64,000 nt of DNA from Veillonella parvula (GTDB lineage Bacteria > Bacillota > Negativicutes > Veillonellales > Veillonellaceae). A program made the translations under genes and the position numbers. The notes under the pieces are model-generated. The model was not told the DNA's origin, ran no database searches, and saw nothing but the letters and a program-made list of their open reading frames with translations. The DNA lies in contig NZ_JAWFZJ010000004.1 of assembly GCF_032550495.1 (NCBI RefSeq), positions 42,150 to 106,149 of the forward strand, read 5' to 3'. Below are positions 38,793 through 47,062 of the stretch, piece by piece. The stretch's first letter is position 1, and each line of letters opens with the position of its first letter.

Positions 38793-40253
38793 TTATTGAT
38801 TGCCGCCCAGTTTTGCCAATTGTTCAACAGCGCCACTATTAGCGATAACTTCAGCCCCTTGACCTACAGGTGTAGACAATGGAACGCCTGTTAATTGTTC
38901 AAGAGCCGCAATGCTAATATTGTAATTGTAAAGAGCTTCTACATAGTTATTACGAGCTGTTGTCAACTTAGTTTCTGCATCAAGTACATCAAGGTTCGTA
39001 CCAACACCTGCACGGTAACGAAGCGTAGCAATACGGAAACTTTCTTGACCTTGTGCGACTGCAGTTTGTGTACTTTGGATTGTTTGTTCAGCAGCTCGTA
39101 AATTCAAGTATGCTTTTTGTACAGCTAACAATACAGCATCAACAGTGGCCAAGTTAGCTTCTTTTGCTTGTTCAAGTTGTGCATTTGCTTTTTTAATAGC
39201 ATTTTGTGTTGCACCACCATCCCATAAGTTCCAAGTAGCACTAGCACCAACACTCCAGGACTTTGTACTTGTACCAAAGTAACCATCTGGATCACCATAG
39301 CCACGACCAGCTTTTACAGCAACCGTAGGCAAATAACCCGCCTTAGCAGATTTTACAGCTTCTTCCGCAGATTTTACATCAAGAGCTGATTTAACAAGAG
39401 CGGAACGATGAAGCATAGCATATGCTTTCGCTTGCTCCAAGGTTACATTATATGGTTTATATTGTAAATCATGCTCTGCTGTAGTAATAGCTGTTTGTGC
39501 AGGGTATGCAATAACTTGATTTAAGTTCGCCTCTGCTAAATTTGCAGCATTTTGCGCTTTTACAAGAGATGTTTGAGAATCATCAAGATTTGTTTTAGCT
39601 GCCAATACATCGGAGCTCGCCACTAAACCAACATTATACTGTGCCTCTACATTAGTTACATGACCTTGATAATCTTTAACAGCTTGTTGTGCTACATCTA
39701 CCATATTACGGCTCATAATCAATGTATAATAACCGTTAAGAGCATCATATTTTGCTTGTTGTAAAGCCTCTTCATAGCTAGCACCAGTACCTTCACGAGT
39801 ATAACGTGCAGAATCAATGCTTGCATCGAGTTGTGGATTGAATACAGGCGCACTAATGGAGAAGTTATGACTACCAGATTTGCCACTACCTGTGTCACCG
39901 CCCGTTTTTTGAGCACTCCAACCATAACTAACACTTGGATTCTTACCAGCTGCTACTTGGCTTACTGCAGATTTAGCAGCTTCATAACCCCATTTAGTTT
40001 GCTTAGCTGTACGATTATTAGCTAATGCTAAATCAACCGTACGGGCTTCGTTTAAAGCTAATGTACGTTCATAGGTTTTACTGTCTAAAACAGATTTTTC
40101 TGCTAATTGCTTTTGTGTTAATTGAATAGCTTCTTTTTGATATTTGCTTAATTGGTCTCCGTTGTTAACGGATGTAGTTACTACATCAGCGGCGAATGCA
40201 CCAGTAGTAACTAAAGAAAGCATTACACCTAAGGAAAGAACCTTTTTATTCAT
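38793..40253 (-). CDS. tolC: TolC-family outer membrane channel
   Basis: 486 aa from ATG 40251-53 (GGAGGT SD). Signal peptide and two internally repeated helix-rich halves typical of TolC/OEP. Confidence 0.85.
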   Translation of the reverse strand: MNKKVLSLGVMLSLVTTGAFAADVVTTSVNNGDQLSKYQKEAIQLTQKQLAEKSVLDSKTYERTLALNEARTVDLALANNRTAKQTKWGYEAAKSAVSQVAAGKNPSVSYGWSAQKTGGDTGSGKSGSHNFSISAPVFNPQLDASIDSARYTREGTGASYEEALQQAKYDALNGYYTLIMSRNMVDVAQQAVKDYQGHVTNVEAQYNVGLVASSDVLAAKTNLDDSQTSLVKAQNAANLAEANLNQVIAYPAQTAITTAEHDLQYKPYNVTLEQAKAYAMLHRSALVKSALDVKSAEEAVKSAKAGYLPTVAVKAGRGYGDPDGYFGTSTKSWSVGASATWNLWDGGATQNAIKKANAQLEQAKEANLATVDAVLLAVQKAYLNLRAAEQTIQSTQTAVAQGQESFRIATLRYRAGVGTNLDVLDAETKLTTARNNYVEALYNYNISIAALEQLTGVPLSTPVGQGAEVIANSGAVEQLAKLGGNQ

Positions 40254-40295
40254 AATATGTACCTCCATACTCATATAGAGTAAATGTGTTAGTCA

Positions 40296-41555
40296 TTAGA
40301 ATACTTGTTTAATACCGAAATAGGTACCTCCATTCGTAGAACTGAACGGTCTGGTCATTTGAATAACGCCATAGGTATCTTTATGCAAACGTATATCACT
40401 ACGAATACGATATTTACGATGATTAAGGTCATATAACGCGGCTGATAAGGACACTGGACCACGGAGGTTATAATCCACCCCGAGACCCAATTCACTTTCA
40501 AAAATACCACCACGCACTAGCCATTTAGAACTAATAAATCGACCTGCATTCAGATCAAAAGTAGTATCATCACCCATATTAGAAAGGCCAATTTCAGCCA
40601 TTCCTTTATTGTTAAAGGCACGTACTCTACCATTGACACGGAATTCATTATCCGTTGTGTTATACAACAAATCTACAGATGGTTCAATCTTGGTAGATGA
40701 CTTTTTTTCAGTCATACCAACCTCTACACTATTTCCATTTACATCCGTTTGGTACGCCTTTCCGCCCATCAGTTTATTGATGCGAGCTGAAATCTGTGCC
40801 GTATTATGTAAAGTCTCCTTAATATTTTCTTGTGCTTTAGGATCTGTTACAGTTGATTCCATGGTACGAGCCATATTATCTACACGATCAGTAGTTTGTT
40901 TTAAATTAGTTAAAATAGCACGCATATCATTGCCTGCATTACCATCAGCATTAAATTGCTGTGCTGCTTGATTTAGCTGAGCCGTTACATCCGCCATATT
41001 TTGTGTAATAGCTACCGCATTATCAGCCATCACAGCTGTAGATTGCAAAGAATATTTAAGTGCACTTTGAGTTGCAGGATCACCAATAATACTATTAATA
41101 GACTGTAGCATCTTCTCAGTACCATCCATTAATTTTTGTGCACTCTGCATGGCCTTATCCACAGCATCAACGCCTTCACCTTTAACGGAGTCACCATCTT
41201 GTAAATATACTTTAGACTGTCCTGGTGAAATTTGAATAAATTTATCACCTAAAAAACCATCTGACCCCAAGGAAAAGATTGAGTCACTTGGAATCTGCGT
41301 TTTTTCATCAAGTTTCATCTTAACCACAACGCCACGCGGTGTAATTTCAATATCAGAAACAGTCCCAATGGCCACGCCGGAAAATTTAACCTGATTCCCA
41401 TTTTTTAGGCCATTTACTTGAGTGAAATCACCTGTAATTGTCATTTGCGGTTTAGCCCAAATATCGATACGGCCTACAAATAGTATGCCTGCAATAAATA
41501 GAACTATACCTATTATTGTAAAAGCCCCTACCTTGGCCTCCGTCGTCCACTTCAT
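40296..41555 (-). CDS. mlaD: MlaD-like MCE-domain protein with a long helical and beta-rich C-terminal extension
   Basis: 419 aa. N-terminal TM helix, MCE domain (VNGLKNGNQVKFSGVAIGTVSDIEI), about 150 aa of helical Q/A/N-rich region, and about 135 aa of alternating-hydrophobic beta segment ending GTYFGIKQVF. Confidence 0.85.
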   Translation of the reverse strand: MKWTTEAKVGAFTIIGIVLFIAGILFVGRIDIWAKPQMTITGDFTQVNGLKNGNQVKFSGVAIGTVSDIEITPRGVVVKMKLDEKTQIPSDSIFSLGSDGFLGDKFIQISPGQSKVYLQDGDSVKGEGVDAVDKAMQSAQKLMDGTEKMLQSINSIIGDPATQSALKYSLQSTAVMADNAVAITQNMADVTAQLNQAAQQFNADGNAGNDMRAILTNLKQTTDRVDNMARTMESTVTDPKAQENIKETLHNTAQISARINKLMGGKAYQTDVNGNSVEVGMTEKKSSTKIEPSVDLLYNTTDNEFRVNGRVRAFNNKGMAEIGLSNMGDDTTFDLNAGRFISSKWLVRGGIFESELGLGVDYNLRGPVSLSAALYDLNHRKYRIRSDIRLHKDTYGVIQMTRPFSSTNGGTYFGIKQVF

Positions 41556-42313
41556 TATATATCTCCCATCGCAGATTCGTTAATCGGCTCTGCTTCACCA
41601 TGAATAAATTGTTGTACCTTCTTATTTGTAGAATTCTTAAATTCTATTGTATCAGAAATTTCTACAAAATGCCCCTGATCGAGTAAAGCTATGCGGTCAG
41701 CAACATAAAATGCTGACTGCATATCATGTGTTACCACGATAGAAGTACAACCAAGCCGATTCTGCATCCCCTTAATTAGCATACTAATCGTACCTGATGT
41801 AATAGGATCTAACCCTGATGAAGGTTCATCATAAAGAATTAAACTCGGATCTAGTGCTATAGCACGAGCTAAGCTAACCCGCTTTTTCATACCACCAGAT
41901 AACTCATTAGGCATATAGGACTCATATCCCTTTAAACCAACCCAATCAAGTCTTTCTGCCACAATGCGTTTGATTTCGTCATCCTTTAACTTCGTATGTT
42001 GACGCAAACCAAAAGCTACGTTCTCACCTACCGACATAGAATCAAACAAAGCTGAATATTGGAATACCATCCCCATTTTTCTTCGTACCGTATTAAATTC
42101 ATCTTCAGATAATGTAGTTATATCTGTGCCATCTACGATAATCTGCCCTGATGTAGGACGTTGTAAACCTATTAATAAGCGAAGTAATGTACTTTTACCA
42201 CTACCACTGCCGCCTAATATAACTAACGTCTCCCCATCATTAATAGTGAGATTAACAGAGTCTAAAATCACACGTGACTCGTAGGCAACTACAACATTGC
42301 GTAGTTCAATCAT
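41555..42313 (-). CDS. mlaF: MlaF-like ABC transporter ATP-binding protein
   Basis: 252 aa. GGSGSGKST Walker A, LSGGMKKRV signature, ILYDEP Walker B. Lies between mlaE and mlaD. Confidence 0.88.
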   Translation of the reverse strand: MIELRNVVVAYESRVILDSVNLTINDGETLVILGGSGSGKSTLLRLLIGLQRPTSGQIIVDGTDITTLSEDEFNTVRRKMGMVFQYSALFDSMSVGENVAFGLRQHTKLKDDEIKRIVAERLDWVGLKGYESYMPNELSGGMKKRVSLARAIALDPSLILYDEPSSGLDPITSGTISMLIKGMQNRLGCTSIVVTHDMQSAFYVADRIALLDQGHFVEISDTIEFKNSTNKKVQQFIHGEAEPINESAMGDI

Positions 42314-42334
42314 AAATCCCTCTAAAAATATCCA

Positions 42335-43096
42335 CTAAAATAACAATGTAGATAAAAAGTAATTTAATACAAATACTAGAATAATACTAGTTACTACAGA
42401 ACTAGTAGTGGAAAAACCAACAGCTTCTGCGCCCATTTTAGTTTCCATGCCCTTATAAGCACCTACCAATGCAATGACAGCACCAAACACACTAGACTTT
42501 ATAAGTCCTAAGGTGAAATCTGAAATGGTAGAAAACATTTGAATAGAATCTAAATATGTACTAGGCGCCAAACCCTTGATAACAGTGGCTACAAAGTAAC
42601 CACCGGCAATACCGATAACAACACCATAAAATGCCAAAATTGGCACCATAATCATACACGCTACTACACGTGGTACCACGAGGTAACCAACAGGGTCAAC
42701 AGCCATAACACGTAGGGCATCAATTTGTTCTGTTACCTTCATTGTACCAATTTCAGCCGTGATGGCGGCGCCAACACGGCCGGCTAATACTACACCAACT
42801 AAGATAGGGCCCAATTCACGGCCCATAGCTACAGCCATAAGGCCACCTACTGTACTTTGAGCACCATAGGTAATGAGTACATCTGTAATCTGTAAAGTCA
42901 TAACCGCACCAGCAAAGAGCAAAGTTAAGCTAATAATAGGCAAAGAGTCTACCCCTAGGTGAGCCATCTGCTGAAATACATGCCACAGATTAATCATTTT
43001 TAATTGTTTTATTGTTTGCCACACTAATAATGTAGCACTACCCATCTGTGATAGGCCGTTTATGACGACTCGACCTATCGATTCTAGCCAACTCAA
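42335..43096 (-). CDS. mlaE: MlaE-like ABC transporter permease
   Basis: 253 aa. MlaE/YrbE-type multi-TM protein (GRELGP, EIGTMKVTEQIDAL motifs). Confidence 0.88.
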   Translation of the reverse strand: MSWLESIGRVVINGLSQMGSATLLVWQTIKQLKMINLWHVFQQMAHLGVDSLPIISLTLLFAGAVMTLQITDVLITYGAQSTVGGLMAVAMGRELGPILVGVVLAGRVGAAITAEIGTMKVTEQIDALRVMAVDPVGYLVVPRVVACMIMVPILAFYGVVIGIAGGYFVATVIKGLAPSTYLDSIQMFSTISDFTLGLIKSSVFGAVIALVGAYKGMETKMGAEAVGFSTTSSVVTSIILVFVLNYFLSTLLF

Positions 43097-43126
43097 CAGT
43101 GTCTCCCTTTCCCTTACAGTTTCAAC

Positions 43127-45109
43127 TTATTCAGGTGTATTTGTTTCACCAGCATTAGCCTCATCTTTTTTATTAGTTTCTTTCGACTCTTTTTTAGGGT
43201 CCTTTTTAGACTCAGCTTTATCCGTTTTATCTTTTTTAGATTGATCTTCCAATTCTAACTTGCGTTCCATCTTAATCTGATGTTTCGCTTCTTTGACGCG
43301 TTTTGCTAATTCTTTATCACGATCAGCGGACTTCATTACATGAATCGTAAATTGACCATCACCTTGCACGATGTACTCAGTATCAACGGCAGTCTTTTCA
43401 GGTTTCTTTTCATCATCCTTACTAGAACTCAAATCTTCTTGACCTGTTTTTTTCTTTACATCCCCTGGCATAGGTTTTGATTCCACATCTTTAAGTTTAG
43501 CCTTTTTAACAGATTGAGAGCCATCTTCATCAACTAAGCTAATACCATCTTCCAAAAATTCTACAACGATTTGATTATTTGTATCAGTCTTTTGAATCTC
43601 ATCATAAAGCTCATCGAAATCTTTATGAACTTTCAAACGGCGTAAAATTTCGTCTGTTAAATTATACTTTTGTTTTTCCAATACGTATGGCAATGGAATC
43701 TCGCCACCGCCACGTACCTCTAAAGTATATTTACCAATAGCTTGATCTTCTGGGACCTTAAAGAAGATTTGTTTAATAACCTTTTCGCCGCGGAACGGTT
43801 CTAATGTTACATCTACTACAATAGTATCCCCAGGAGAAACTACAGTAGACGAAGCAGAAGCATCTATAAGCTTGGCTGTTTTCTTATCTTGCGTTACGTT
43901 TGTTTCAACCGAAATATCCGAAATTTCATAGTTGATGAATCGATTGTTCATAAGCACATCGATAACATTATAAAATTCATCAACTGCTTTTTCACTAATG
44001 GAATCAGAGCTGTAGAACATATTTGTCCGCGTTAATGGCTTATGTTCTTTCCCTTTTGGCGTAATAGTATAAGAAATTGTAGCCGTACCAGAACCACTGC
44101 GATCCAATGTTTTATTCAACATATTGTATAAGGCTGTAGCTGCTAAAGTTGGTGTCATTTCACCATCTTCAATAACCTTGACGGAACTAGTTCTATCACG
44201 GCCCATATCAATATCCTTTAAATGGAATCGCAATGGAATACCTGGCGAAATCACGCCTGATACACCTGCAATACCGGCACCTCTATCTTCAGTAACAGAA
44301 CCAATCTCTTTACCCATAGAGCCAAGCTTAAAGGCAGCATTATAGCTTTTTACAACGGTAAAGATACTTGCATTGTGCATAAAATAGTTAGAAGAACCAT
44401 GTTTTAAGAATGGATGACCAAAGGCAACAACCTTTTCACCATCTACATGAGTAACAGTACCAATAGCGCCCAATTTAAGGTCACCATCAACTAGCAAAGC
44501 CGCTACCGAGCCACCAGCTTCTAAAGGTTTTGCAATTTCATCACCACTAGCACTTGCGGTGTCATATGTTTCATATTTATATTGTGGTAACTTCGATTTA
44601 AAGTATTCCATTGATGCCGCATCGAAGCCATACGCCATAAGTGGAGTGCCTAAAGGAATCAATTGTGTATCATCCCAAGGTTTAGATAAGTTTTTCTCAT
44701 ATGGTATATTCCATAGTTTGACCATATCCTCAATAGGAGTAATCATACCTATCGTACCATCCGCAAACCCCCAGCCATAAGCAACAGCCCCAACAAGTTT
44801 ACCATTTATATATACAGGGCTACCACTCATACCATGCGCAATGCCACCAGTTTGATCCATAACGGGTCCGGAAAACTTGGCTAAAATAAGATGACCAGAT
44901 GGTCCCTTATCCTTCATGACACCCAATACCTTTACATCAAAGGTGGAAATAGTATCCCCTACGATTACAGTTTTTGCAATACCTTCCATACCTGTTGTTA
45001 CATCATTGACAGGCATAAAATCAATAGCCTGTACAGTTGTAAGTGAAGTACAGAAGAAAAGCGCCAGTATCGCTTTTCTATACCGACGCCAAGAATGAGA
45101 AAACTTCAT
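43127..45109 (-). CDS. Secreted S55 (SpoIVB-like) serine peptidase homologue without a PDZ domain, with a K/E/D-rich tail
   Basis: 660 aa. Signal peptide. TGGIAHGMSGSPVYINGKLVGAVAYG closely parallels the SpoIVB Ser-378 region. GAIGTVTHVDGEKVVAFGHPF parallels the SpoIVB His-236 region. The last ~90 aa are low-complexity and charged. Confidence 0.7.
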   Translation of the reverse strand: MKFSHSWRRYRKAILALFFCTSLTTVQAIDFMPVNDVTTGMEGIAKTVIVGDTISTFDVKVLGVMKDKGPSGHLILAKFSGPVMDQTGGIAHGMSGSPVYINGKLVGAVAYGWGFADGTIGMITPIEDMVKLWNIPYEKNLSKPWDDTQLIPLGTPLMAYGFDAASMEYFKSKLPQYKYETYDTASASGDEIAKPLEAGGSVAALLVDGDLKLGAIGTVTHVDGEKVVAFGHPFLKHGSSNYFMHNASIFTVVKSYNAAFKLGSMGKEIGSVTEDRGAGIAGVSGVISPGIPLRFHLKDIDMGRDRTSSVKVIEDGEMTPTLAATALYNMLNKTLDRSGSGTATISYTITPKGKEHKPLTRTNMFYSSDSISEKAVDEFYNVIDVLMNNRFINYEISDISVETNVTQDKKTAKLIDASASSTVVSPGDTIVVDVTLEPFRGEKVIKQIFFKVPEDQAIGKYTLEVRGGGEIPLPYVLEKQKYNLTDEILRRLKVHKDFDELYDEIQKTDTNNQIVVEFLEDGISLVDEDGSQSVKKAKLKDVESKPMPGDVKKKTGQEDLSSSKDDEKKPEKTAVDTEYIVQGDGQFTIHVMKSADRDKELAKRVKEAKHQIKMERKLELEDQSKKDKTDKAESKKDPKKESKETNKKDEANAGETNTPE

Positions 45110-45121
45110 TCCTTCTCTCCT

Positions 45122-45406
45122 TTATTTACTTTCTACAGTGACAACGATTTGATCACGAGAAACGTCTGAACCCACTGTAACATTAACCGCCGTTACAGTA
45201 CCAGTTACAGTAGATTTAGCAGCAGCCATAGGACCAGCCAATGTCTCTACAGTCACCAATGTTTGGCCTTCTGTTACAGAAGTACCAACAGAAACTGTAG
45301 AAGCAACTTTACCTGTTAATACACTTTGGTATGATACAGGGGCCGCCATTACAGAGCTAACACTTAAAATGCCTAATGCAGCTAAAGCTAACACTACTCT
45401 TTTCAT
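45122..45406 (-). CDS. Small secreted protein with a biotinyl/lipoyl-like (barrel-sandwich hybrid) domain
   Basis: 94 aa. Signal peptide ending VMA|AP. The mature ~72 aa follow the lipoyl-domain pattern (VTEGQTLVTVETLAGPMAAAKSTVTGTVTAVNVTVGSDVSRDQIVVTVE). Good SD AAAGGAGGGA. Confidence 0.55.
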   Translation of the reverse strand: MKRVVLALAALGILSVSSVMAAPVSYQSVLTGKVASTVSVGTSVTEGQTLVTVETLAGPMAAAKSTVTGTVTAVNVTVGSDVSRDQIVVTVESK

Positions 45407-45444
45407 AACGATCCCTCCTTTTACAAAATTAGTTATGTATTTAT

Positions 45445-45473
45445 AGTATACTAAATTATTAGTAATATTTCAA
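45445..45473 (-). promoter_or_regulatory. SigA-type promoter for the miniprotein-S55-mlaEFD-tolC operon
   Basis: Minus strand TTGAAA-17 nt-TATACT, about 40 nt upstream of ATG 45406. Confidence 0.5.
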
Positions 45474-45494
45474 ACAAAATTGTATGCAACGAAT

Positions 45495-46835
45495 CTATTT
45501 TATGATTACTATATCCTCATAACTCATAGGTGCAGAAGATTTGTGTACATAATCATCATTGATAACTATATCAATGCTACCTTGATTTGATAATTCAGCG
45601 CCATCAACAACACCTAATTTAGACAATAACTGAGCTCCTTCTTTTTGAGTCACACCTACAGATTGAAGTTCGGATTTATCAACTGTTAGCACAACTAAAT
45701 CATGTTCCTTTGTGGTTCCAATGAAACTACGACCTTTGTTATTAGATTCATCAGCTCCTACATAGCGACCGCCTTTCATCACCATAGTGCCCACTTCTAA
45801 ACTAGCTCCACCGGTAGTACTAACTTGAGCAAGTTCTTCTCTATTTTGAATCGTAATAGGTGTTCCAACTTTTAATTTTCGTAAAGCATTTCCAGATTCG
45901 CCATGACCAGACAATACATATTGGTTTTCCCCAATTTTAGAATTTCCCTTTTGTTTACTAATAACCTTGCCATTAGCTACAGTCACTTCATAACCATATT
46001 CATTGGTCTTTGTAGAAGGACCATAAGTTGACGTATAAAGGGTCAAGGCATTCTCTTTACGAACCGTATCAACGGAGGTGATTACAAAACTCTCATTCTT
46101 TGTTTTAGCTTGAAGCAAAGGTTTTTTCTCTTCTATAAAGTATCCTCTATTAGGCGTATATCGTAACGTACCACGATTAGAAATACGCTCTAAATCAATG
46201 GCTCCATCACTCGCCACTGAGTAAGGTCGTTCAAAACTGCCCCCTTTTACCTTTGCTCCAATGATAGCTGTATGAGCTTGAGTAACAGAAGATAATGGTT
46301 TACCTTCTGGAACATGCGCCACCACCATAGGTGAATCATTATCTACGGTCAATGCAAAGGCTTGAATTTTCCCTTCAGCTACGGTGTTATTAATTTTGCT
46401 ATACGTTACAGATTTATTTACATCTTTTGTAGTCTGTTGCGCATAGCCAGAAAATAAATCCACTACTATACGCGAAGGCTTTTCTAATGCAAACTCATGA
46501 TGTTGTACATCCTTATTCGCTGTTAATGTTACTCGTAAGGCCCCATTAACCGGTTGTAAGCCAATGCCTTTAAGAACTCCCGTTTTTTTATCATTTTGTG
46601 ATATGGGGCCAGTTAAAGCATTTGTAGTGCCCCCTAAGTTCAATGTAAGAGCATGTGTTTCTTCATTATAGGATTGAGTCCAAGATACAGGCATTTCAGA
46701 TACATCTAAAACAATTCGGCTTGTACCTTCATGATTAGATACGCGCACCCCTGTTAAATTACCGGCCTCAGCATGAGGAACGGTACTACCCAGTAGACCT
46801 AAAACAGCAAAAGTCATATACAGATATCGTTTCAT
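45495..46835 (-). CDS. Secreted AMIN-domain protein with a C-terminal DUF2233/phosphodiester-glycosidase-like region
   Basis: 446 aa. Signal peptide. AMIN-like N-terminus (LTGVRVSNHEGTSRIVLDVSE...PSRIVVDLFS). The C-terminus (GRSFIGTTKEHDLVVLTVDK...VGVTQKEGAQLLSKLGVVDGAELSNQGS) resembles NAGPA/DUF2233 but lacks the usual LDGGGS motif. Confidence 0.5.
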   Translation of the reverse strand: MKRYLYMTFAVLGLLGSTVPHAEAGNLTGVRVSNHEGTSRIVLDVSEMPVSWTQSYNEETHALTLNLGGTTNALTGPISQNDKKTGVLKGIGLQPVNGALRVTLTANKDVQHHEFALEKPSRIVVDLFSGYAQQTTKDVNKSVTYSKINNTVAEGKIQAFALTVDNDSPMVVAHVPEGKPLSSVTQAHTAIIGAKVKGGSFERPYSVASDGAIDLERISNRGTLRYTPNRGYFIEEKKPLLQAKTKNESFVITSVDTVRKENALTLYTSTYGPSTKTNEYGYEVTVANGKVISKQKGNSKIGENQYVLSGHGESGNALRKLKVGTPITIQNREELAQVSTTGGASLEVGTMVMKGGRYVGADESNNKGRSFIGTTKEHDLVVLTVDKSELQSVGVTQKEGAQLLSKLGVVDGAELSNQGSIDIVINDDYVHKSSAPMSYEDIVIIK

Positions 46836-46941
46836 CTTTAATTCCTCTATAGCTACAAACCATAATAATGGCCTTATATCATTACATCAATTTTACGCAA
46901 TATACTTTTACTATAGTATACAGCATAAAGATGAAAAATTC

Positions 46942-47020
46942 AAAAAATAAACGAAAAACGAGGTTACAGTCTAAAGATACTCCATACATAAAATAGAATA
47001 ACTGTAGACCATAACCTCGT
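46942..47020 (-). terminator. Irregular long hairpin with U-rich tail after the mreB-like gene
   Basis: ACGAGGUUA...UAACCUCGU outer stem with CAGU/ACUG extension, followed by UUUUUCGUUUAUUUUUU on the minus strand. Confidence 0.5.
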
Positions 47021-47062
47021 CAATTTAAGCTTACATCATCATGGTATATTATTGTAACTATA

